Assembly (NCBI GenBank): GCA_000004695.1
Contig: CM000153.2
Coordinates: 4,864,001 to 4,928,000 of the forward strand
From: Dictyostelium discoideum
Taxonomy: Eukaryota
Direction: 5' to 3'
DNA: 64,000 nucleotides
Part shown: positions 52,138 through 64,000 of the stretch, one piece after another
Layout of the letters: each line of letters opens with the position of its first letter
How positions within the stretch are numbered: the first letter of the stretch is position 1
The notes under the pieces: generated by a model
What the model was told of the DNA's origin: nothing
The model's database searches: none
Seen by the model: only the letters and a program-made list of their open reading frames with translations
Translations under genes and position numbers: made by a program

Positions 52138-53744
52138 TTATCTTTTTATTAAATTAATTTTAAAAGGAAATGGTGATAATGTTGTTCCGCCTTCTCTAAT
52201 TTCTTCTTCAATTAATTTATTTGAAGAGAATTTAATTGATTTAAATAATATTAAATTTACAATCCATATTGACATTAATGCAAATTGAAAACCTAAACAA
52301 TTTCTAGGACCCATTCCAAATGTAATTAATTTCTTTTCTAATTGATTATTATTTAAAAATCTATCTGGATTAAATTGGAATGGGTTTTCCCAATCTTTGT
52401 CATTTAAATGACAAGAATAAACATTTTGAATAATTTGAGAACCACTTGGTATGAAATAACCATTTAATATAATATCTTTATTTGTTCTATGAGGTTGTGA
52501 TAATGGGGAAACTGTGAATCTTCTTTCAACTTCTTTTAAAACTGAATTATAATATGGTGTTTTACTTTTATTTGAAAATGTAATTTTATTATTTTCATTT
52601 AATATATAAAAATTTAAAATTTCATTAAATACTTTATTTTGAATATTTTCTCTATTTGTTAATGCAATAATTAAATGAATTGTAAAAAGTGACTAAAATT
52701 AAATTTAATTAAATATATTAAAAAAGTTAGTAAAAAAACCAATAATAATATATAATTTAAAAATAATTAAAAATTACATTTGTATCAGATCCAGCAATCA
52801 TTAAATCAGTTGTTGTTTTTATAACTTCATTCCAAGTTAATAGATTTGATTTAAATTTTAATAATAATAAATCAACAAAACATTCATTTATATTATTATT
52901 ATTATTATTATTATTTTTATTTAAAATTTCTAAACGTTTTTGAACTTGGTTTTCTATATATTCATATATATTTTCAAATATTTTTTGATGAATTTTTGTA
53001 GTTTTATTTATATAAAATTTATTTAAAATTGGAATATAATCTTGTGGAATTGGATGTGACCCCATTCTAAATATAGAATGTATATAATCAACAAGTTGAA
53101 TGACTTTTTCATCTTTATAATCATTATATCTAAAATTAAATAAAAATGATATAATTATATTTAAAAAACAAATTTTAATATTTAATGTTGGGTCTATTGA
53201 TTCATTTGATTTTATATGTTCATTGAAACTATCAATTAATTTATTTGTTTCATTGATTATCATTGGTTCATATTTTTTAATTTTTATATTTGGTGATAAT
53301 TCTTGAATTGAAATTGATTGTAATTTTTTCCATATTAATCCATTTGAATTTACAATATTTTCTGCTATAATTCAAAACAATTTTTAAATTAATAAAAAAA
53401 ATAAAATAAAATAAAATATATTGATACTTACAAGATTTAAATTTTTTAGTAATTTTATTATATCTTTCAATAAAAACTTCACCATTTTCAATGAATGCTT
53501 CTTTTAAAATATCAAATTCAGATAATACAACAGTATTTACAATACCATATTGTAATTGATAAATTTTACCATATTTTTTATAATAATTAAATAAAATATT
53601 TTGTGGTTGATTATTTAATAAAGAAATTAAATTCCCAATTACTGGCAAAGTAATTGGAGAAGGTGGTCTTTTCTTTTTAGGATTTAAATTTAAATTTAAA
53701 AAAGAAAAATAAAATAAAAAAACAACTATTACAATTATTATCAT
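52138..53744 (-). CDS. Cytochrome P450 monooxygenase. Three exons: 53744-53432, 53364-52778 and 52692-52138.
   Basis: N-terminal membrane anchor and PPSPITLPVIGNL, I-helix AGSDTN, ExxR (EVERRF), and heme-binding FGMGPRNCLG. GTAAGT/GTAATT donors and ATAG/TTAG acceptors are phase-consistent (1/0). About 484 aa. Confidence 0.85.
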
Positions 53745-54277
53745 TTTTTTTATTATTTTTTTTTTTTAATTTTTATTTTTATTTTTATTTTTATTTATTG
53801 TTTCTTAACAAATTCAAACTTTGTTTTTTTTAATATTTATTCAATTATTAATGAAGAGAAATAAAAAATTAAATAAATAAAAAAAATAATAAAAGATAAT
53901 CCCCAAAAAAAAAAAATTCTTTTCAAAAAAAAAAAAAAAATAAAAAAAAATGGCTGGTGTTTTTGTGTGTTTTTGTGTGTTTTTTTTCTTTTTTAAATAA
54001 TCAAAAAAAATTTTAAATTATTTAATTATTATTATTTTGTGGTTAATTTTTTTAAATTTTTTTTTTTTTCCTTAACACTATTTTTTAATTAATAAAAAAT
54101 AAAAAAAAAAACTTTTTTAAATTTTTTATTACTGTTCTAATTATTACTCATATAGTTTTATTGAATCTTTATTTGAAGATTATTCATAAAAAGTAACAAA
54201 TAAATAATAAAAAAAAATTACAAATAAGATAAAAAATATAATTTCAAATTAATTAAAATAATAAGTTAATTAAAAAA

Positions 54278-56365
54278 ATGGAATTTACAAACTATAAATA
54301 TTTTAACCAAGTTTTTGAATATATCACAAAAAACTATCAAAATAAAACAAATGATTTTTTAAAAAATTTAAAAAATTCAGAAAATGAAACATTTAATAAA
54401 TTACTAGTTTCAATAATTAGGGAAAAACTATTACCATTTATTAATGATGAAATAAATTTAAAAGAAAATCAAACAAATAATTTTAAATTTAATTGTGGTG
54501 ATAATAGTATTAAAGAAATTAGTTTTGAAATTGAAAAAGTTTTTGGATTTTCATTTTTTACATTTAAAAAACCAATATATTATAATTATTACACTGAAAG
54601 AAATCAAACAATTTTAAATTCAACATTAGAATTAATTGAAATTTTAAAACAGAATCCATCATTTAATGATATTGAAGTATTTAAAAGTGAAATTGTAAAT
54701 AGTATTACCAATATGGCATTAATTACAACACTATGTTCTGATGATTTAAATAAAATCAAAAAATTATCAATTGAAAATAATTGGAATTATTTATCAGATT
54801 ATGTCGATGCCCAATTTAAAAAAGATAAAACATTTGATAAATTTTTATTTTATGATCAAATTCATCTTAGTGGTCATCATATTCATCCAAGTTTTAAATT
54901 AAGGTTAGGTTTAAATCATAAACAAGTAATTCAATACTCTTATGAATTAAAAAAAGAAATACCAATTAGATTCATTGGTTTAAATAAATCAGTGGCAAGA
55001 TTTGATATGATCAATGATGGTGATGGTAATGGTGATGGTAATGGTGATGATAATCCAACAAGTTATTTTTTTAAATTATTTCCAAATTTAAAAGAATTAA
55101 TAATAAATTACTTTAAAGTAAATCAAGGATTAAATATTGATAATTATATTATTTATCCAATGTTTCCATATCAAATAACTGATACATTTCCAATACAATT
55201 TAAAAATGAAATTGAAAATAAAGAATTAATAATTATACCAGAGGAATTATATTCAATTAAATCATTTCAAACTTCATCATTAAGGAATTTAATACCAGTA
55301 ATTGAAAATAATAATAACCCACCACATATTAAATTTTCAGTACCAATTCAAACTACAAATTTCGTTAGATTTATGCCAAATGATTTTATACCAGTTGGTA
55401 CATCAGTTTCAAAAATTTTAAAAAGAATTAAAGAAATTGAATTTGAAAATTTTAATAATAAAATTGTATTTTTAAATGAAATTGGTGGAATTTATCATAA
55501 AAATGATACAGAATTAAAATATCAAAATTTTGCAATAATATGGAAAGAAAATACAAATTTATTTTTAAAATCAAATGATGATCATCCAATTAGTTCTTGT
55601 TCATTATTTAATCAATCACCAATTTGTGAATCTTCAAAATTACAAACAATTTTGGGTGAAATTATTAAAAAATATAATGAATTTAATATAAGTAGTAGTA
55701 GTAGTAGTACTATTATTTCCAATGATGATATTGATCATGATGGTTTTAAAAATTCAATTTTAAATTGGTTTAAATTATATTGTAAATTATTAATTGAACC
55801 AAGTTTAATTTTATTAACAAAGTATGGTATTTCATTAGAATCTCATTTACAAAATTCAGTTTATGTTTATGTTAAAGGTGAACCAAAATTATTAATTTTA
55901 AAAGATTGGTCTGGTATTGTAATTAAAATGGATAGAATTTTAAAACATAAGCAATTAATTGGTGAAAACTTAATAAACTCAATTCCAAAGTTAATTCAAT
56001 TATCAGATTTAGAATTTTATAAAATGTTTTCACATTCAATTTTACATAATCATATTTGTCAAATTATAATTGGAATTTGTAAAGAATTTCCAAATCATAT
56101 TACAGAGACTCAATTATGGTTTGAATGTTATCAAATAATGAAAAATACTTTTAATTTAATTAATAATCAAGATATTAGTAGTAATGGTAGTGGTGGTAGT
56201 GATAGTGGTAGTGGTGGTACTTTTAAGAATGATATTGAAAATGATGAAAATGAATTATTTAAAAAAGAATTAAAAGTTAAAGCACTTACTGGAATGAGAT
56301 TATTAACAAAAAATCAAATTTTATTACCATTTAATGTTAAAAATCCTTTAAATCAATTTATTTAA
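54278..56365 (+). CDS. IucA/IucC-like protein (NRPS-independent siderophore synthetase-like fold). Tentative.
   Basis: 695-aa single ORF. DQIHLSGHHIHPSFKLRLGL and IYPMFPYQ resemble remembered IucA/IucC motifs (GHP-x-HP…K-x-R-x-G; …HPWQ). Length and the absence of other recognisable domains fit. The assignment rests on memory of motifs only. Confidence 0.4.
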   Translation: MEFTNYKYFNQVFEYITKNYQNKTNDFLKNLKNSENETFNKLLVSIIREKLLPFINDEINLKENQTNNFKFNCGDNSIKEISFEIEKVFGFSFFTFKKPIYYNYYTERNQTILNSTLELIEILKQNPSFNDIEVFKSEIVNSITNMALITTLCSDDLNKIKKLSIENNWNYLSDYVDAQFKKDKTFDKFLFYDQIHLSGHHIHPSFKLRLGLNHKQVIQYSYELKKEIPIRFIGLNKSVARFDMINDGDGNGDGNGDDNPTSYFFKLFPNLKELIINYFKVNQGLNIDNYIIYPMFPYQITDTFPIQFKNEIENKELIIIPEELYSIKSFQTSSLRNLIPVIENNNNPPHIKFSVPIQTTNFVRFMPNDFIPVGTSVSKILKRIKEIEFENFNNKIVFLNEIGGIYHKNDTELKYQNFAIIWKENTNLFLKSNDDHPISSCSLFNQSPICESSKLQTILGEIIKKYNEFNISSSSSSTIISNDDIDHDGFKNSILNWFKLYCKLLIEPSLILLTKYGISLESHLQNSVYVYVKGEPKLLILKDWSGIVIKMDRILKHKQLIGENLINSIPKLIQLSDLEFYKMFSHSILHNHICQIIIGICKEFPNHITETQLWFECYQIMKNTFNLINNQDISSNGSGGSDSGSGGTFKNDIENDENELFKKELKVKALTGMRLLTKNQILLPFNVKNPLNQFI

Positions 56366-56444
56366 AAAATAATAATAATAATAATTTTAAAATATAATAA
56401 AGTCTATTTTTTTTTTTTTAAACTTTTTTTTTTTTTTTTTTTTT

Positions 56445-57839
56445 TTATCTTGGTAAACCTTTACCAGTAGCTGTTCTTTGTCTACCTCTTGAAGAAATAG
56501 GTGATGCTTCTACTAATGTTGCTGATTTTTGTTTTTTTATAATTTCATTATCTGAATGATCATCCTCTGATTCATTTTCAGATTCTGATGAAACTGGTTT
56601 CTTCTTTGGTTTTGGTGATGATTTTGTTGGTGTTTTTGTTGGTGTTTTTGTTGTTGGTGTTTTAGATGAACTAGAAGGTCGACCTCTTTTTTTACCACTT
56701 ACTGTTGTTGTTGAATTAGAAGCTTTACCTTTATTTGGGATTGTAGTTGATTTCTTTTTTAATTTTTTATTATCATCATTTTCAGATGATTCACTTTCAT
56801 TATCATCATCATCTTCTTCACTATCACTATCATTATCTTCTTCATCACTACTATTATCATTATTATTATTTTTATTTTTATTATTAGCAGATTTTCTACC
56901 TTTTTTTGGTGGTATTAATTCAAAAACACCAAAAGTTGATTTAAATTGTTGTTCGAATGAATTGATCATTTGTTGTGGTATTTGTTCAGTTGTTAACCAA
57001 AAACGATTTTTAGTTTGTTTCAAAGAGACTAAATAATATAAAACGTTTGAAATTGTTTTCTTTTCAAAGATTTCAACCACCTCTGGTAGTGGATCAGGTA
57101 ATGGTAATTCATTGATTTTATTTAATGCTGATTGTGTCTTTATTGTTTTCTTTTCTTGATTGAATAAAATATTATTATTATTTAAATCAACTGTTTCAAA
57201 TTTTTTGGTTAAAAATGGTTTTGGTGTTGGTTTTGTTGTAGCTGTTGTTGTTGTTGTTGTTGCTGCTGTTGTTTCTTCTGTTACTGTTTTAGTATTTGCA
57301 ACTTCACCAGATGCAATTGGTTCTAAATCTTCATCATCCTCTTCATACAGGTTTGGTTTTTTTTCTTCTTCTGATTCATGTTCCTTTGGTTTTTCTTCTT
57401 CCTCTTTTGATTCTTGTTCTTTTGGTTCTTGATCTTTTAATTCTTGTTCCTTTGGTTCTTGTCCTTTTAATTCTTTTGATTCTTGTTCTGTTGTTGATAA
57501 TGTTACTGAAGATTGTTCTTGTTTATCATTATTTATTGGTTCCTCTATTTTGTTAGAATCTGTTTTATCATCTGTAACCATTTTATCATCTGTAACTATT
57601 TTATCATCTGTAAATATTTTTGAATCTGTTGTAGTTGTTTCTTTTAATGTATCATCTGTTTCAATTGTTGGCTTTTCTAATGTTGCTGTTGTATTTGTTG
57701 TTGTTGTTGTATCTGTAGTATCTTTATTTACAATATTATCACTATTATTTATTGATTTTGTGTCTGTTGCTTCATCAACACTTGTTACTACCTCTGACTC
57801 TGATTTTTCTACATTGTTATCCTTTTTTTTTTTTTTAGT

Positions 57840-57875
<36 letters not shown>

Positions 57876-57982
57876 TATTTTTTATAAACTTTTAATGATC
57901 TCATACATACCTCTAATTTTGTTTGTGATTCCTTTTCTTTATCTAAACCATTTAAAGTAGCATTGTCACTGCTATCGGACAT
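56445..57982 (-). CDS. Acidic Ser/Thr/Glu-rich nuclear-type protein with an AT-hook. Two exons: 57982-57911 and 57821-56445.
   Basis: Exon 1 gives MSDSSDNATLNGLDKEKESQTKLE, followed by a GTATGT donor. An AAAAAG acceptor at 57822 joins in frame to DNNVEKSESE…. Downstream are the AT-hook KKRGRPSSS, E/D/S blocks and lysine-rich tails. Confidence 0.5.
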
Positions 57983-58307
57983 ATCTTTGGTTAAAACTAT
58001 TAATATAAACCTGTGTAATATAGTTTGAAGAAAATAAAAAAATAAAAAAAAAAATTTGGAAAATAAAAAAAAAAATGCCGCCAAAAAAAAAAAAAAAAAA
58101 AAAAAAATAATTAAAAAAAAAAAAAATTAAATTAAATTAAAATATCCAAAAATGTGCAAATAAAATAAAAAAATCGATTCGCTTTTTTTGAGAAATTGTT
58201 TGAAATCTATTTTTATAAATAATTTTACTTTTTTTACTTTTTTTTTTTTTGTTTTTTTTTTGTTTTTTTTTTTTTTTTTTTTTAAAAATTATTCTTTATT
58301 ATAATTT

Positions 58308-58688
58308 TTAAATTGATTTAATTGTTTGTTTTTGTTGTGGATGAGTTGGTTTTTGTTCAACCTTTTTCAAAACTTCATGAATGTATGGGATGACACCACC
58401 ACCAGCAATTGTTGTTGAAACTCTAATTAAATTATCTAATTCTTCATCAGTTTTAATTGCTAAAAGTAAATGACGTGGTGAAATTCTTCTTACATTGTGA
58501 TATTCTTTAGATTGAATTGAAACTTGTGAGATGGTTAATTCTAATACCTCTGATGCTAAATACTCTAAAATTGCTGCTAAATAAACTGACGATAGAATTG
58601 ATACTCTCTTTAATGGTACTTTATTCTTTAACATTCTATGAATTCTACCAACTGGGAACTATCATAATTTATTTATTTATTTATTTTT

Positions 58689-58719
<31 letters not shown>

Positions 58720-58992
58720 TAATAAAACTAATCAATTAATTTGTCATTATAAATTTACACCAAATTCTTGATAGTAATAATATTATTATTGTTTGTTGCT
58801 TTTTTTTTTTTTTTTTTTTATTACTTACAATCAAACCTGCTTTAGTTGATTTAGGTACTGGTTTAACTCTTTTGTTAACTTTTTTTGATGTTGTTTCTGA
58901 TTCTGTCTATAATAAAAATAAAATAATAATAATAATAATAATAAGTAGGTGATAACACATATTAATTATGAAGTAATATTGGTACATACCAT
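58308..58992 (-). CDS. Histone H2A family protein, divergent variant. Three exons: 58992-58990 (ATG only), 58906-58829 and 58658-58308.
   Basis: …KAGLI|[13 protein letters not shown]…[17 protein letters not shown]…[22 protein letters not shown]…[15 protein letters not shown] is the H2A core. There is no C-terminal SQ(E/D) motif. The ATG is immediately followed by a GTATGT intron, and a second GTAAGT intron splits AGLI|FPVGR. Confidence 0.75.
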
Positions 58993-59225
58993 GGTAACTT
59001 TGTTTATAATATAATAAATTAAAATGTATAATTGGTATAAAAAAAAAACTTTTGAAAAATAATAATAAAAAAAAAAAAGAAGAAAACAATAAAAAATAGT
59101 TTTGTATTTATAGAATACAGTTATTGTGTAAATTTAGTGAAATTAAATTGAAAAAAAAAGTTTTTGCTTTTTTTTATATTTTTTTTTTTTTTTTTAATTT
59201 TTGAATTTTTTGAATATTTTATTTT

Positions 59226-59271
<46 letters not shown>

Positions 59272-60313
59272 CAACGGATCTTTTTATTCATTCCAAAAAT
59301 AATTACCACTTTTATTTTTTTTTTTTTTTATTATTATTTTTTTTTTTTTTTTATTCATTTTATATTTTTGTTTTGTTTTGTTTTTTATTTTTTGTTTTTT
59401 TAATTTATTTTTTTTTTTTATTTTTTAGAAGGTTATTGTTATAGAAAACATAATACCCAAAAAATAATAAAAGATGATTATCCATGTATTTCCAGTAAAA
59501 TTAATATGGTAAGTTATTACTTTTTATTATTATTTTTATTATTTTTTATTTTTTATTTTTTTATTTTTTATTTTTATTTTTCATTTTTATTTTTCATTTT
59601 TTTTTTTTTTTTTGTATAAGCAAATAATAGAAAAAAAAAAAAAATAGTAATAGTTTCTCTCTCATTCATCCCATTCCAAAATATTTTATTTTGATGGGTT
59701 AAGAAAAAAAAAAAAAAACAGGGTGACCAGTTAAAAAGAACTAAATTCATTTTATTTTAATTTTTTTATTTTATTTTTTTTTTTAATTTTTTTTTTTTTA
59801 TTTTATTTTTTTATTTTTTTTTTTATTTTTTATTTTTTATTTTTTTTTTTTTTTGAGTCGTGTGTTTAATATTTTTATACATATAAATTAAAATAAAAAT
59901 ATCGCATTTTTAAATAAAAATATCACATATATACATATTTGTAATATTTCTAAAAAAAAAAAAAATTTGTATTTTTCCATAAAATCCAACTTTGGAAAAA
60001 AAAAAAAAAAAAAATTAAATTAAAATTAGAATTTAATTAATTTATTACTATTTATATATAATTTCACACCCAAACCATAAATCAAATTACTATTTTTGTT
60101 ATTATTAAAATATTATGAATAATAATAATAATAATAAAAAAAAAAAAAAACAAAATACAAAAATATTTTTAACAATTAAAAAAAATAAAAATTAAAAAAT
60201 AAAATAAAATTTAATAAAATATAAAAAAAATATAATAATAACAAAATTAACAACATTAAATAATAAACACAATATTTTATTAATAAAATAATAATAATAA
60301 TAATATAGATATA

Positions 60314-61001
60314 ATGATAAATATTTATCAAAGTAATAATAGTATATCAAATAGTAGTGCAGATGAAAATGAAGAATTATCTTTTTCAGAAAATGAAGAT
60401 AATAATATAATAATAAATGGTGAAAATAATAATTTAATAAAAAATTCACACCAATCATCATCTTCTTCAAATCTAATGTTCTCTGGTAGTGAAAATTATA
60501 TGATAGTTAGTAGAGTTTTATCAGATAATAGTTTATTCATAATGGAAAATGACATTGAAAATAAAGATAATATAATTAATAATAATAAAAATAATAATAG
60601 TAATAATAATGTTAATATAGAAACATATGATAAAATTGATACACCAGGGAATGATATTAATGGTGATAAAGAAATTAATGATATTAATATACCAGATGAA
60701 AATGAAAGAAATTCACCATCAAATACAAGTCCATTATTATCTTCATCATCATCTCAACCACAACAACCACAACAACAGCCAAATTATAAAGGATATACAA
60801 ATCTAACACCTACTCACTCAGATTCAGAAGATTCTTATGATGAAATTGATACTTACGATAATATGTATATTGAACAACTTAAACATAGTAAACCAATTAA
60901 TATAAGGAATAGTAGTGATGATTTTGAAACAATTGAAATTAAAACTGAATTTAAAGATAATAATAATTATGATGATTATGATGATGAACAATTAAATGAT
61001 A

Positions 61002-61039
<38 letters not shown>

Positions 61040-62363
61040 ATTCATAATAATAATAATAATTTAAATTCAATATCTAGTAATTCAATATCACCACCAACAG
61101 TATCACCATTTAAAATACTCTTAACAAATAAATTAAAATCGATTAAAGATAAAATTGAAAATTCACCAAATAGTGATAAATATAATACATTTCCAATGGA
61201 TAGATATAACAATATACCGAGTAGTGATATTTCATTATTTTCATCTTCTCCTGCGTATGATATTGTAGTTTTAAATACAAATCAATCATTAACTTTAACA
61301 ACAACCTCAACAACCTCAAATAATTGTAACAACAGTAATAATAATAATAATAATAATGGTAATCATAGTAATAGTAATAGTATTGGAAGTAATAGTAGTT
61401 TAAATAGTGGTATTAATTCAATATTAAGTACATCATCTATGACACCATCAAATTCGAGTCATTTTCATGATAATAATAATAAAAATAATATAACTACTGA
61501 TGGTGAAAGTGAAACATCATTTGAAACCGATAGTCAAATTAGTAGTAAAGCTTTGGATGGCGCAGGTGGTGAGACAATATTTGATACACCTCACCATAAT
61601 CATCATCATAATCATCACCATCATAGTCATCATATTATTCATCATGAACTTCATCAGAATCCAAATGGTAAAACCATTTTGTATAGTAATCCAAATTTAA
61701 TAAGATATAATTCAAATTCTTCAATCACAAGACCAGTATTATCATATGAAAGAACCAAACTAAACTATAAGATATTGTCATTACTATCATTGTCAGTGTT
61801 TTTCTCAGTCAGTAATTTATATTATGCTCAACCATTACTTAATGAATTTGTTAAGGAATTCAATATATCAAATAGTGTAGCATCATTAATTACAATGGCA
61901 GTTCAACTTGGTTATGCATTGGGTTTGTCACTCATTTCAATTCTTGGTGATTCAATGTCAAAGAAAAAGTTAACATTGGTTCTATCATTAATAACCTGTG
62001 GTTCTTTATTTGGTATTGCCACTTCACCACATATCATATCGGTAATTATCTTTCATTTCATAGTTGGAGCATCAACCATCATTCCATACATTGCAATTCC
62101 TTTGGCAATGGATATGACCAATCCATCAGATCGTAGTAGTATCGTTGGCGTTTTATTATCTTCAGTTTTCGTTGGATTATTAGGTGCACGTGTCCTATCT
62201 GGTGTAATTGGTTATCTATTTGGTTGGAGAACTGTATTTTATTTTGCTGGTGTAACAATGTTTATTATTTCTTCATTATTATTTTATTTTTTACCATATA
62301 CTCCAAGTAAGTTTTAAAAATAATTATTAGTAGTATTTTATTTAAATTAAATTAAATACTAAT

Positions 62364-62422
<59 letters not shown>

Positions 62423-63076
62423 AAAGGAAATCAAAATACTATGCCATATAATAAATTATTAATATCAGTTTATGAATTTTTAAAAAAAGAAAAAGTATTA
62501 AGACAAACTTGTTTTATTGGATCAATGGTATTTTCAACATTTTCAATACTTTGGACAACATTATCATTTAGATTGAATGAAGAACCCTATGAATATCCAT
62601 GTGCATTCATTGGTTTATTTGGTTTAATTGGTATGGCAGGTGCAATTTCTTCCCCATTATCTGGTAGATTGGCTGAAAGATTTGGTATAAATAGATTGAT
62701 GATAGTTTATTTATTAATTTGTGCAGTTGGTTATTTAATTTTAATGTTTTTCGATTATCATATCATTGGTTTAATTGTTGGTATTTTCATATTGGATTTA
62801 GGTGTTCAATCATGTCATATTAGTAATCAATCAAGAAATAATCTTTTATCCTCCTCCTTACAAGATGATACTTCAAAATATAATATCAATACAATTTATA
62901 TGGCTTCTTATTTCATTGGTGGAAGTATTGGTTCTGGTTTATCTGGTGTCATTTTTGCTCATTTTGGTTGGGCTGGCTCTTCAATAGTAGCACTTTTATT
63001 CCTAAGTCTTGGTTTAATTTGTCATTTAATAACTTATGAAAAACCAACATTTATTTCAGTTCCAATTGAAGATTAA
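60314..63076 (+). CDS. Major facilitator superfamily (MFS) transporter with a long N-terminal low-complexity extension. Two exons: 60314-62306 and 62427-63076.
   Basis: About 470 aa of N/S/D-rich extension and a His-rich block, followed by six TM helices (…LITMAVQLGYALGLSLISILGD…, …GARVLSGVIGYLFGWR…). The GTAAGT donor at 62307 (phase 1) joins an AAG acceptor at 62425-62426, then six more TM helices (…GLFGLIGMAGAISSPLSGRLAERFG…). Confidence 0.65.
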
Positions 63077-63186
63077 TAAAAAAATAAAAAAATAAATAAA
63101 TAAATTAAAAAAAATAAAATTTAAATTATTCACCTAAAATCTTTTTAAATATTTTAGAAAAAAAGAAAAATGGAAATAAATAGAAT

Positions 63187-63226
<40 letters not shown>

Positions 63227-63371
63227 CAATTTAAACATATTTTGTCAAAATAAATATTTTATTTTATTTTATTTTATTTTATTTTATTTTATTTTATTTT
63301 ATTTTATTTTTTAAACTATCATTTTAAAATAGCCTTTTTTTTTTTTTTTTTTTTTTTAGATTAAAATTAAA

Positions 63372-63911
<540 letters not shown>

Positions 63912-64000
63912 TTTTCCCCTTTATAGTTTTGGATTTTATTTTTATAATAAAAAAAAATAAATAAATAAAAAAAAGTTTTATGTGTTAAAAGTTAAGGGTA

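Noticed and set aside
57160-57960. Plus-strand ORFs (57160-57432, 57296-57556, 57550-57960) antisense to the acidic AT-hook gene
   Set aside because: Low-complexity antisense readings of GAA/GAT-rich coding sequence.

Overview
The window reads as Dictyostelium discoideum-type nuclear DNA, not prokaryotic DNA. It is about 78% AT, and intergenic stretches are nearly pure A/T with long poly(dA)/(dT) tracts. Coding regions carry AAT/CAA (poly-Asn/Gln) repeats, introns are short and AT-rich with GTAAGT/GTATGT donors and (T/A)AG acceptors, and a lineage-restricted FNIP-repeat protein is present. The six-frame track lists only uninterrupted ORFs, some with TTG or GTG as the start, so I reconstructed spliced gene models by hand from frame continuity and from remembered homology. 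About 30 protein-coding genes are supported:
- Trafficking, Golgi and lysosome genes: VPS13 family lipid-transfer protein (3,373 codons, 3 exons), COG7, TVP23, an RMC1/Mic1 homolog, and two tandem Stealth/GlcNAc-1-phosphotransferase-like paralogs.
- Other recognisable families: tRNA A64-2'-O-ribosylphosphate transferase (Rit1 family), ChaC gamma-glutamylcyclotransferase, cytochrome P450 (3 exons), a divergent histone H2A, a TALE homeobox protein, a TRAF7-like RING/TRAF-zinc-finger/WD40 protein, an MFS transporter, an RGS-domain protein (truncated by the window start), and an IucA/IucC-like NIS-synthetase-like gene that may be a horizontal-transfer candidate.
- A five-copy head-to-tail array of 147-aa ponticulin-like, probably GPI-anchored, proteins with conserved upstream blocks.
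- Two gene-fragment relics (a Stealth 3'-exon remnant and an exon-1 pseudocopy), several micro- and minisatellites, G-rich boxes in AT-rich spacers, a possible orphan B-box, and a weak box C/D snoRNA-like candidate inside the array spacers.
No rRNA, tRNA, CRISPR array or intact transposon was found. I see no bacterial-style undescribed system. The most unusual items are the IucA/IucC-like gene, the amplified ponticulin-like array with its conserved spacer elements, and the Stealth duplication with a relic exon. All family assignments come from remembered motifs, not searches, and intron boundaries may be off by a few nucleotides.
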